From assembly GCF_018350175.1 (NCBI RefSeq), contig NC_058368.1, positions 221,900,001 to 221,964,000 of the forward strand: a DNA stretch of 64,000 bases, written 5' to 3'. A program made the position numbers and the translations under genes. The notes beneath the pieces are model-generated. The model had not been told where the DNA came from, ran no database searches, and saw only the letters and a list, made by a program, of their open reading frames with translations. The DNA comes from Felis catus (taxonomy: Eukaryota). Shown here piece after piece: positions 49,389-60,830 of the stretch; positions within the stretch are counted from its first letter, which is position 1; every line of letters begins with the position of its first letter.

Positions 49389-49899
49389 TTTGAGGGAGAA
49401 AAGGAATTAATGAGGTACAAAAAATTAAAATTAAAAAATTAAAATTAAACAATATTAAAATTAAAAAATTAAACACACACACACACACAAATTGAATAAA
49501 TGATGTAGATCCTAAGTGTGTTTTGGTCTTGCTGTTGAAAGTGGGTTGATAGATTAGAGAAAAAAGGGGGAAAAAGAAATCATTTGAAAATTTGAAAAAA
49601 TGAATACCCTGAAGTAGACTAAAATGAAACGATGGATGTAAATAGAACTTGAAAAAAATTTATACAAAAGTAAAAAATATTGTAGAAAAAATTAAATAAA
49701 ATTATTTTTAATAAAAATTGAAAATAAAAATGATTTTTTTAACTTCAAGCATTCAAGAAAAAAGAAAAGGAATGAAAAAAAAAAAGAGAAAAAAAAAGAA
49801 AGAAAATTGAATAGGAGGACCTGGTAACAGACTGAAGTATGAGTGAAATTACTTTGTTTTCCCCTAGAATTCATACTATGAAACCCTTTATAGTCCATA

Positions 49900-51098
49900 A
49901 ACTAAGTAGGTTGTGAGACTTGCATTCTTGAAGAGTGAGGTTGGCCCAGTTTGGCGGGGCTTATTGTAACGGCTCTGTTCTCCACTAGGTGCCACTGCTA
50001 GCCTACTGGGGTGTACTGTTGTGGCGCTTGTAGATGCATATCCACATGCGAGGGAGTGGTGAAAATGGCATCACCCAGCTACCCAGTCTCTAGTATCAGA
50101 ACTCTGTTTTCCCTGATCAACAATTATGCACCCGTCCTTTCTCTTCGGCTTCTTTCCACTTCCCACTTCCACACTGTCCGTGACCAAGCCCCAGGCATCA
50201 CCTCCCTCACGAGTTTTGTCTCAGGTGCAGCTGTCTTCCCCGGCCCCCCACTTCTGAGGTACTGTGGCTTTGGCCTCTTCTGCCCCTCTCCAGAGAGTCT
50301 CACCGAGCAATGGATGGGTGTTGACTGCACCCAGGAACGCCCACTGGACCCTGCTGTTGCCAGTGCCCCGAGACTGCGGCCAGGTGCCAGCCTGCCCCCC
50401 AAAAAAGTCACGAGACAGTGTAGCCTCTGCGTTTCAGGGACCATGGAAAATCGCAACACACATCTGTCACCAGGCTTCACCCTTAATGAGCTTGTTCCAG
50501 CACCAACGAATATGGCTGTTTTCTGGGGTCTGCTGGACCAGGCGGCTTCAACAGTCTCTACCAAATGTCCTTCCAGCAGTAAAACCGCTTTTCCCTGTGT
50601 GGCCCAAGAACCTCCCAGACCTCCTCTGCTCCTGGGGATTTGCCCTTACCACCAGAGCACCACCAGGTATTGAGCTGCAGAGTTTCGGACTCTGGACTCC
50701 CCCTGTTTACAGTCTTAATGGAATTTAAACCCTCTCCTTCTCCTTTCTCCCTTTTTAGTTCAGTCCCTATGGCTGTTTCCAATTTTTCACCTTCTCTCCA
50801 GCTGCTTTTGGGGAGGGGTGCTTTTCCTGCATTCTCCCCCCACCACCCCTGCCCCTCTCTTCCTCTTCTCTGTATGCAAAAGTGGCTCTCTGCCTTCCGT
50901 GGCTTCTCTCTCGCCAAATTCAACTCTCCACGCCATGTACCTGCTGAATTCTGTGGTTCAGGTTGTACAGATTGTTGTGTTAATCCTCAGATCAGTTTTC
51001 TAGGTGTGCAGAATTGTTTAGTGTTGGTCTGGCTGTATTTCATGGATGCGAGACACACAAAAAACTTCCATGCTGTTCTGCCATCTTGGTTCCTTCCT
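49900..51098 (-). promoter_or_regulatory. L1 5'UTR internal promoter region with YY1-type caagatggc motif near the 5' end
   Basis: gccatcttgg at 51080-51089 on plus strand; GC-rich with CpG decay; activity not demonstrated. Confidence 0.6.
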
Positions 51099-51293
51099 GC
51101 AACCAATTGATTTTAACCAAACATTTGGCTCAATCTGGGATTAAATACAGAATATATATCTAAATTTTTGTCTTTTCTTTTTCTCTCCTTACCCCATCAT
51201 CTTTTAGAAATGAAAGTCCTTTCTGTTTATCTCTCTTCTTTCAGGTGAAAGCTGTATACTTTTCTAGCTGCCTTATAGACTTAAGAAACAATG

Positions 51294-51324
51294 AAAAACA
51301 AAACAAAACAAAACAAAACAAAAC
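51294..51324. repeat. (AAAAC)n pentanucleotide repeat
   Basis: Direct reading. Confidence 0.9.
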
Positions 51325-54300
51325 TCTATGGTCTGAGACAACTAGGTTTTTATCCAAACATACAAAAAACTCCAACTTGGAAATTCTGAGATATCTTCCT
51401 CTTCTCTCCTCAAAAAATACCTGAAACATCAAGGGCATTTACTTTTAGGGTATTTTCTTGCCTAAATTTTAGTATGCCACTCCAACGCTATCTTGATACT
51501 TGTAACAAATCAACGACTTCCCCATTATCAGACAAATTCTGCCCTCCTCCTAGAACATGGGATGCCTTTTATTTTATAGCTAATGAAGCCTTAAATCATG
51601 TAGGATCTGGAAATTCCCAGAACAAAAATATTTTCGTTTAACATCTTCCTTCTATACACACTTCATTTTGAAGGTGGTTAAAAGTTATTGAAAAATATTG
51701 AGCAAAGGACTTGCCATTAAGGCCTACTGCAGTTTCAGAAATTAGTGTGAGTATGAAATATGTTACTGGATCAGGATAATCCATTGAATGCTAGATCAGT
51801 GATCCAGGTGGGACTTCAGATGGCTAAAACCTTAGAGTATGATGCTTCAGATGGAGAGGGAAAGTAAACTTGAGCTGTAAGTCAGAGATAATGCAGTGAC
51901 TCCTTGGATATGGCAGAAAAAGGGCAGGGAAGTGTTTCTGATAATTCCTTGGCTTTATGTCATTTTTTGATATAGGAACTGGAGAAAGAAGAGTAAATTA
52001 AAAATAAGTTAATTATCAAGAAGCCTTTAGATACTTGGTTTATCAATGTGGGAACGGAAATCCCTGTGTAGACTGAAAAATGTAATTTCAGCAGAAAATG
52101 TGAAGAGTTAAAAAACATAAATGTATGAAAAAACAACTTTAAATTCAAGGAAATAATTCATAGCAAAAATTGTTTTTTTGTACTGTTATGGAGAAAATCA
52201 ATTTCCTTCTTTTTTATGACATTAACACCAGTTCCTAAGAGGCAGAAGTCAATAAGCAGACATATTTGACATATATTCACTGTGCTATAAATTCCTTTTA
52301 TAGTGCACAATTATGGGGACAGTTTTTTTTTTTTGCATCTTCTTATATCTCTATTCTCCTTTGCATAGTTTTCCTAACTCTATTATTTCCCTCTGCACTT
52401 ACCCCTTAACCTTTCCCACTTAACCACTCTTTATGACACGGCCTATGGTAATTGCCATGTTAGAAACTATTATGATCCACCTGGCAATCCCCCCACCCAG
52501 TACAGAAACATACATCTCTAGGTTTACAGACATGACTATAATTTGTAGGCCAAATAGCTGTACAGAAATCTGGGAAACTAGTTCATTTCATGTGAATATT
52601 TTCCCCTCATTTTTGTTTGTGCAGCCTGGATTGTTTGAAGTGACACTGGTTATCAAGTCCTTCATAAAAGACAGCTGAAGAAATTTCTTGGAAAGATAAG
52701 CATGTCTCAAAGTCTTGCAAAGTGGCCAAGTTCACTGAAAGTATCATACTAAATAATAAACATTCATCTATGAATATGAAAGCAAACACTTTAAATGTGA
52801 TATACAGAAGAAAAAGAAGTGGTTATTTCTAAATTTGAACCAAATTATTTCTTAATTTGATTCTGCATTCATAGCCAAAAATTAAAGAAAGGGCAATGTT
52901 TTTTAACATTTAATATTTGTGGCATTTACTTTAATATGAACAAGTTTAGTAATTGAATATTGTAATTGAATGAATGTAATATTCTGCCACTGCAATACAA
53001 TCACTATAATTTCTGACAATGATTTAAATAGGTGTCTTTATTATAAGAATTGATCAAAGAAAATAAGAAACAGATCACATACACATTATTAGTCAAAAAG
53101 TTGGAAGGGCATTTTATATTTTAGCTTTAGACGAGGCATAATTTGATGACATTTGAATGTTCCCTCTATTTAGGACTTTGTCATGAAAATTGCCCTATTT
53201 TCTATGCACATTAAATGTTCTTTCAGAGAAAACATAAAATATTCCTGGATAAGTTCCCAGGTGCTGTTAAATAAGTCCATTCTGCCTTGTAATTTGTACA
53301 TCGTTGTCTCACATTGTGTTATTTGTGTTATTGATGGACCCATTCATTCTCAGTTGTAGGCTTCCTGTCTTTGTAAATTCTTTAGATGATCCTGCTTATA
53401 ATTACCCTTATGCTGAGCCCTTTCACTGTTATTTGAAGAAAGTTTTATAAATCACATTATGCATACACAACAGCATTGCTGTGTATGGATTCTATTCTGT
53501 TCCATGTCTGAAGCCTCATCTGAATGTTGAAAAGAGGAATAAGAAATAGCTAGTGGCCAATTCATCTCCATATCTTTCCTGTGAAGGTGATTTCAGGGAA
53601 TCTTTTCTGTCCTACTTAATAACCTCCTTGGAACAACCTTATTGCTTAGGGGCACATTCGTCCCTGTCTAATTTGTCCTAAATATTATGATTAGTCATCC
53701 AAAACTGTATATGTGTATCACTGACGTTTCTAGATTTACTGTATTTGGAATAATGAGTTTCACATGTGTGTTTTTCTCTCTGTTTAACAGAGCTTTTAAC
53801 TGTCTAGAACTTTTATAATCTGCTGAAATACTTTGTTTTAAGAATTTTATTTAGTACTTTTAATTTCTTTATTAACTTCATATACTTGCAACATTACAAT
53901 TAATTATTTTTTCTGTCAGAAGGGTAACAAAATGATTAATTGTTTTGTGTAAATCATTATTCATTTTTTAAATATCTTTATAGTTCAGGTTACCATAGAT
54001 CTAACATGCTTAGCTGATACACCTTGAAAGAACTTCATCGTTCATTCATTCTTCTGGGATGCTGCGGGATGTGGGCATGTAGAGAATTTTTAGAAGTATA
54101 TTTCTTACCTTTTTCAAAGTCTATTGAAAAACTAAATTAAAGAATAATTAAAACAGAAGAAGCTGTCTTTCATTAACCACCTTGATCAATTACAATATTT
54201 TAGATATGGGAGTAATTTTTGATAAGATTTCATTCAACATTTTCTTAGGTATTTTAGAGAAGATTGACTTTACTAGATATCATTAGTAGAAGATACAAGG

Positions 54301-54689
54301 AAAAAAAGTCTTTCTCAGTTGCATATATTTCAAATACTGTCATTAACGAAGAAATATATACTTTAAAAATATTATATGAGTTTTAGATTCTCTAAAAAAA
54401 ATAAACATATTGTGAATCCTCAATATAGGAAATGAGATAGGAAATATTTCCCAAAGCTAGTTTTTTTTAAAGAGACTAATAACTCATCTGGAAAAGAACC
54501 AGCAATATATAATAATACCCAGCTTTATATAAGAAAAGAGCTAAGCCTGAAGATATTCAGTAACGTATATGCATTACCTAACTCATTACTAGTGGAATTA
54601 TGATGGTAACCAAGGTTCTTGAATCCAGTGTTCCAGACTGTTGCCTGTGTCTCTTTATTCTTAACATATTTGATAATTCATTTACTGAA

Positions 54690-54912
54690 ACATGCATAAT
54701 GCCTTCAAGTTTCATCCATGTTGCTGCAAATGGCAGGATTATCTTTTTTCTCTTGGCTGAATTAAATTCCATTGTATATAATTACCACACACATCATTTT
54801 TATCCATTTGTCTGTTGAGGAACACTTATATTGTTTCTATACCTTGGCTATTGTAACTAACACTGCAATAAACATGGCAGTTCAGATATTTCTCTAGATA
54901 GTTAATTTCCTC
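54690..54912 (-). mobile_element. L1MA-like ORF2 C-terminal fragment
   Basis: Minus translation MEFNSAKRKKIILPFAATWMKLEGIM. Confidence 0.85.
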
Positions 54913-56423
54913 AAGATAATGTGTCTATATTTTTTCAAGTGCAACATGATTTATTCTCCTCAGTATTTCTCATAGTACCTATTACAGTGTTTTAGAAATA
55001 GGAGATGGCCAATAAAGATTGGTGCCATTAATGAGATGTAGCAAAGTAAAATGAATCAGAAAAATTGCTACAAAAATTGCTATGGAACACAAAAGAAAAA
55101 AAATATGATAATTAAATTAGATCAGGAATAAAATGATCAAAAACAAGTTTCAGAGGTTTTTATAAAGCCCCTAACAATGATTAAGTGTTAACAAAATATA
55201 TCGAAGTGTCTTAGAATCCAGGTTCACCATCAGATGAGCATCCACAGCAGGGTGGCCTTGTAAGGTTTAGGGGAGGATATTTGAGGCTTGACTAATGCAG
55301 AGTATTCAACAGTTGGCTCCAACCAGATTTGGGAAAGACATAAGAGGATGAGTGAATCAAAGCCATTCTATAATAGGCCTGTTAACCCAAGGGGATAAAT
55401 GGAGAATAGAAACTAAAGTAACAAGGAACAAGATGGTGGTCTATAAAACTCAGAAAGCAAAGAATCTTAATGCATGCAAAATTAAGGTGGGTTTACACAT
55501 GGGCAGTTGATGTCCATGTTGTTGATGCTCACGTCCACTTTGCAGATGTGCCTAGCGCTCATGTTGGACAAGATGAAGGGAATGAACTTTGAAGAGAGCC
55601 TTTCTCTGTTCTTCGCCAATATCAACCACTACAGGAGTGGATGGAATGAGATTGATAACGAAGTTTGTTGGATTCTCAGAAAGTTTTCCGACAAAATTGA
55701 AAGTTTATGTATATCTAGTACAAATATTAACCACAGAGTAGTTGATTTTAGGACATAAAGTCATAAGTATAATTGGCCAGATAACCTGAATATTTGTGTG
55801 GATATAAGCTGAAAATTTATCACATGACCACAGACAAAAAGAGACAAATCATTCCATTAATTTGAATGTTTACACAACACATATATTGTATTGCTTAAAA
55901 CATTCACCACAAGTGGCACAAAATTATAAAGTTGGCTGACATACTTGTTTTCAATATACCTTAATATCAAGGAGTTTAATATCCTAAGACCAAATTTCAT
56001 TCAATCACCAAAATTACCAAACCTGATTTGATCTTCAGTATCTTTATAAATACTTCTATGAGCAGGACATATTTCCCCATAAATATTTACTTAGTGGCAA
56101 TTATTTGTGTGTGTAGAGAATTTCACATACCCCTACACAAAAACCAGTCTATGCTTTTATTTACATGCAAATCTAGAAGGGGTGGTACGTAGTAGCCAGT
56201 TGTAAATTTTTTTTAATACAATGAAAAATGGCATTATGGGAGTAAAAGAATAAATATCTTTTCCAGATTAGCAAAATCTTTTAAATGGAGTTGATTCTTT
56301 GTAATTTCAGTTAAAAAGAATAACTTTCACTCTTGTGGAATTACTTTTATGAGAATTCATACATGATCTCCTTTTTGTTTAGTTTTAACATGTTCAATAT
56401 AGTAAATTGACCCTACAGACATC

Positions 56424-57390
56424 TTTTTTTTTTTAATTTACATCCAAGTTATTTAGCATATAGTGCAACAATGATTTCAGGGATAGATTCCTTAATGCCC
56501 CTTACCCATTTAGCCCTTTCTCTCTTCCACAATGCCTCCAGTAACCCTCTGTTTGTTCTCCACATTTAAGAGTCTCTTATGTTTTGTCCCCCTTCCTGTT
56601 TTTATATTATTTTTGCTTCCCTTCCCCTGTGTTCATCTGTTCTGTGTCTTAAAGTCCTCATATGAATTAAGTCATATGCTATTTGTCTTTATCTGACTAA
56701 TTTCGCTTAACACAATATCCTTTAGTTCCATCCACGTAGTTGCAAATGGTAAGATCTCATTCTTTTTGATTGCTGAGTAATACTCAATTTTGTATAAGTA
56801 TACATACCATATCTTCTTTATCCTTTCATCCATCAATGGACATTTGGGCTCTTTCCATACTTTGGCTATTGTCGATAGTGCTGCTATAAACATTGGGGTG
56901 CATGTGTCCCTTCAAAACAGTGTACCTGTGTCCCTTGGATAAATACCTAGCAGTGCAATTGCTGGGTTATAGGGCAGTTCTATTTTTAATTTTTTGAGGA
57001 ACCTCCATACTGTTTTCCAGAATGGCTGCACCAGCTTGCATTGCCACCAACAACGTAAAAGAGATCCTCTTTCTCCACATCCTCGCCAACATCTGTTGTT
57101 GCCTCAGTTGTTGATGTTAGCCATTCTGACAGGTGTGAGGTGGTATTTCATTGTGGTTTTGATTTGTATTTCCCTGATGATGAGTGATGTTGAGCGTTTT
57201 TTCATGTGTCAGTTGGCCATCTGGATGTCTTCTTTAGAAAGTGTCTATTCATGTATTTTGTCCATTTATTCACTGGATTATTTGTTTTTTGGGTGTTGAA
57301 TTTGATCAATTCTTTATAGATTTTGGATACTAACCCTTTATCTGATATGTCGTTTGCAAATATCTTTTCCCATTCTGTCGGTTGCCTTTT
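56424..57390 (-). mobile_element. 5'-truncated L1 (~970 bp) of the same subfamily as the full-length copy
   Basis: Colinear with about 44330-45275 (aatttacatccaagtt...agcatatagtgcaacaatgatttcagg); poly-T at 56424; encodes MFIAALSTIAKVWKEPKCP. Confidence 0.95.
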
Positions 57391-59864
57391 AAAGTGTCCT
57401 CTGTAGGTTTCAGTTTTGCACACCACACGTGCACACACTCACACACACACAAATCATTAACACATACAGGTACACACTTCCTAGTATGTATGCTTTATAA
57501 TTTTCAGTGTTCTTATTGGTATCATCTCCCTTACTCCTCAGAATAAGCTCCTTGGATGGATAGGAATTATAAAGTGGGGATCCATACACCTAATGCACAA
57601 AAAGGAATACAATAAATAGTTTATTTTATAATGAGAAAATGCAATGGCATCATAGGGATTTTATATCACTAATGAGCTGTGATTTACTACTTTATGAGAG
57701 TAAAGAAATAGAAAAAGCATATTTGTACACACTCAATCGCCACCCAAATAATGTGTGCAAATAAAAGAAGTGAGAAAGCAATTCACATTCAGTAAACTGG
57801 TGTTAAAAGGAAAATTCAAAACCTCGCTAGGAAAACAAATGACTTAAAATACAAGTAAATATAAATAAGCAGATCATTGCAACTAAAAAATCACGTGGTC
57901 TAATATTCATGGTTTGCCAGGATTTGCAACAGTGTATATAATTAGTTATTTGGAAAAAAAATAAGTAGATCACCAGCTGAGGAAACACAGATTGTATTTA
58001 AACAAATCCAGGCTTGGTGAAGTATAATAAGTGGCATCAGAAGGGACAAAACAAATATCTGTAATTCTATTCTCCTAAAAATACAAACAGTTATAACTGT
58101 TAAATCTGTGGGCCATCGTACCAAACAGGGTCTTGCCAGCTGATTAGTTCTAGAAGTTCTAGTACAGCTGTCAGCCAAGAGTTCACTTGATAATGGGGGC
58201 CTTAATACTTTGTATGATAAACTGAAGTGTTAGAATTGACCTGGAAATATATCTGATAAATCTAAACAGGTTTCATGTTCAAGAAATCGTATATGTCAAA
58301 GAAAGTCCAAGTATTAACACTGGTATCTAAAGAAAACATATCAGGAACTTGAAAACTACAGTTGGGGTGGAGGGAACCAAAAAGGATCTTTTTTTTTTCT
58401 CCATAATTGGAAAGGAAGAATCTGAGGTTAAAAAAAACTATCTAGATACATCTTTTGGAGAATAAAACATAAAGCCTTGAGACCATGGTTGGAAGCAGAC
58501 AAGACAATAGAGAAACCTAAACTATTCTGTGTAATCAATTGATAGAAATTTGGGACTGTAGAGGACAAAGGCAAATAGATACAGTATATCAGGTAAGGCA
58601 GCTGACCTTAAAAGAACCAACAGGTAAGAGACTGTTGCCAGGCAGATAACCAAAGGAAGATCAAACGTATATTTTAAATATTTTGCACTGCTGTGATGTG
58701 AAGGCCTTGTACAGCCTCAGACTTTCATTCTTATTTATCACATACATTAATGTCTTCAATAGTGATTAACATAATAATAATAATAATAATGAAATGAGGA
58801 AAAATTAATTTTGTTTGGGTCAGCTTGGGACAGAAGGAGAGAGGTGGGAAGTGAGAATAACTACCTCATTCTACCAAGGTATTTACAGTGATCTAAAAAT
58901 AATCTTGTTTTTAAAATAAAATACTGTATTTTACCATAATACTTTATCATTTTTCTAAAATGCTCTATTTCTGGAAATTCTCTGGCATAATCCAGTGCCT
59001 AAAAGGTATGCATGTTAGAATTTCTCCTTTCTTTACATACATTTCTTATAAATCACGTCCTACAATTTGATTTTCTAACATTTTCTGAAATTCAAATTTT
59101 TTGCTTCTGCCGTAATTTCCTGATTTCATTAAATATATCATAATTTCTGAATGGATTAATGAAATGACTTTCAAAACAGTTTTCTTGTACGTAGTCTTCT
59201 CAAATTCGTCCTTCACACTAAGTGATATTTCTTGAGCAGACAGCTACCCACCACACTTTTGATTAGGATACTTTCGGGGCTCATCCTTTACAACTGCTCT
59301 TTTTAAAATCTGGTCTAGGGTCTCCTACTAGTTGAGTAAAAGAGGGGAAAATCCATCCAGGCAGATGTTTCATTTTAATTTGGGTTTTAAAAGAAATTTA
59401 AATATGTTTTTAGATTGTGTCTTAGGAGATATAATATGGCCATGTGAATGGTCTGTCTGTAAAAATATAGATTTGGAAGAAATTCTTTCCCATGATTATT
59501 TAGTTCATTGAACCCCTTCTTCCTTTTTCTGTTTCACCCTCAGCTAATATCTTATAGAATCCTACTTAAATGAACATTGTGGAAATATACCTTGGCCTAA
59601 AGTAGAAATTCAAAGTTACTTAGAATGATATAAAAGGGCATAATCTTGCCTTTGGCTAAAAATCCAATTACATATCCCTTTACTCATAACCTTATGATTT
59701 ATGTTTTATTAATGAAAAATGTATTTAATTCTCTGCAGAAAAAAATTCCGTTTCATGAACTCTAGAGTGGGAAAACCCTTATCTCCTCTTCTCTGCCCCT
59801 TTTCTCTTCTTAAACTAGCTTAACACTGTCTAATTGAACTTTCTGCAAGAAAAAAAATGTTTTA

Positions 59865-60036
59865 TATTTGCACAATTCATCATGGTAGTCATGAGCTACA
59901 TGTAGTTATTGAGCTCTAAAAGTATAGATCATATATCTCAGGGACTGAAATTTTAAGGTTTTTTTTTTGTATATTTTAGTTAATATAAATTAAAATAGTC
60001 ATGTAGGTCTAGTGGCTCCTAAATTAGACAGTGTGG
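59865..60036. mobile_element. MER3/MER33-like hAT-Charlie relic
   Basis: atggtagtcatgagctacatgtagttattgagc ... aatagtcatgtaggtctagtggctcctaaattagacagtg, with degenerate inverted ends. Confidence 0.65.
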
Positions 60037-60159
60037 TTCAAGCTATTTAAGTAAGATTGTTGATGAATCCTCTTATGACAACCTGCACCAGCTTCCAAGT
60101 GGAAGATGACCCTTTTCTCCAATATTTCTATTTCCTCAGTGCATCTAAACACCTCCTCC

Positions 60160-60162
<3 letters not shown>

Positions 60163-60198
<36 letters not shown>
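60163..60198. repeat. (TG)n microsatellite followed by cgcacgtgcgcg
   Basis: Direct reading. Confidence 0.97.
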
Positions 60199-60201
<3 letters not shown>

Positions 60202-60211
60202 ACGTGCGCGC

Positions 60212-60414
60212 TCTTGTTTAATGTTTATTTAGTTTTGAGAGAGAGCACAAGGAAGGGAGGGGTGGGAGAGGCAGAGAAAAAGGGTAACAGAGGGTCCAAA
60301 GCAGGCTCTGCGCTGACAGCAGACAGGCCAATGAGGGGTGCAGACTCAAAAACCATAAGACCAAGACCTGAGCAGAAGTTGGACGCTCAATGGGCTGAGC
60401 CGCCCAGGCGCCCC
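60212..60414 (-). mobile_element. Can-SINE
   Basis: Head ends ctgagccgcccaggcgcccc; TSD tccttctgtgt / tccttccgtgt. Confidence 0.93.
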
Positions 60415-60606
60415 TCCTTCCGTGTTCCTTAATCTTCTAGTGTCTGACGTCATTTTTATTTTTTTTTTTTAAGTTCTTTCCTTTCTTAGAAGAAAAGAAT
60501 GTAATCCTTAGCCTTCTTGAGCCTTAGCTGTTTTAGATTTGGTTGATGGAAATGGAATTCTTAGTCTCTGCCAACCTTGGCAGGGAATAAAAAGATGGCC
60601 AGGTCT

Positions 60607-60830
60607 GGGGCCCCTGGATGATGCAGTTGGTTAAGTGTCTGACTCTTGATTTCAGCTCAGGTCATGAGTTAGAGCTGCTGTGTTGGGCTCTGCACTGCCA
60701 ATGCAGAGCCTGCTTGGGACTCTCTATCTCCCACCCGCTCTCCCCTCTCTCTGTCCCTCCCACACTCATGCTAGCACACACATACACACTCTGTCTCAAA
60801 AAATAAAAATAAATAAAAAAATTAAAAAAA
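60607..60830 (+). mobile_element. Older Can-SINE (SINEC_b-like)
   Basis: ggggcccctggatgatgcagttggttaagtgtctgactcttgatttcagctcagg head; A tail. Confidence 0.92.

Larger units (their letters stand above)
44298..51098 (-). mobile_element. Full-length (~6.8 kb) inactivated carnivore/felid LINE-1
   Basis: 5' end ggaaggaaccaagatggcagaacagcatggaag; GC-rich then AT-rich 5'UTR; ORF1; ORF2 with EN, RT (LFTDDMI) and C-terminal domain; 3'UTR and degenerate polyA; perfect 14-bp TSD aaccaattgatttt (44284-44297 / 51101-51114). Confidence 0.98.

Noticed and set aside
52278..52310. Short imperfect hairpins (also about 37730, 42412-42434, 51766-51807) and short tandem duplications (about 20286, 55060)
   Set aside because: Stems of 6-8 bp and 10-12-bp duplications are expected by chance in 64 kb of AT-rich sequence.
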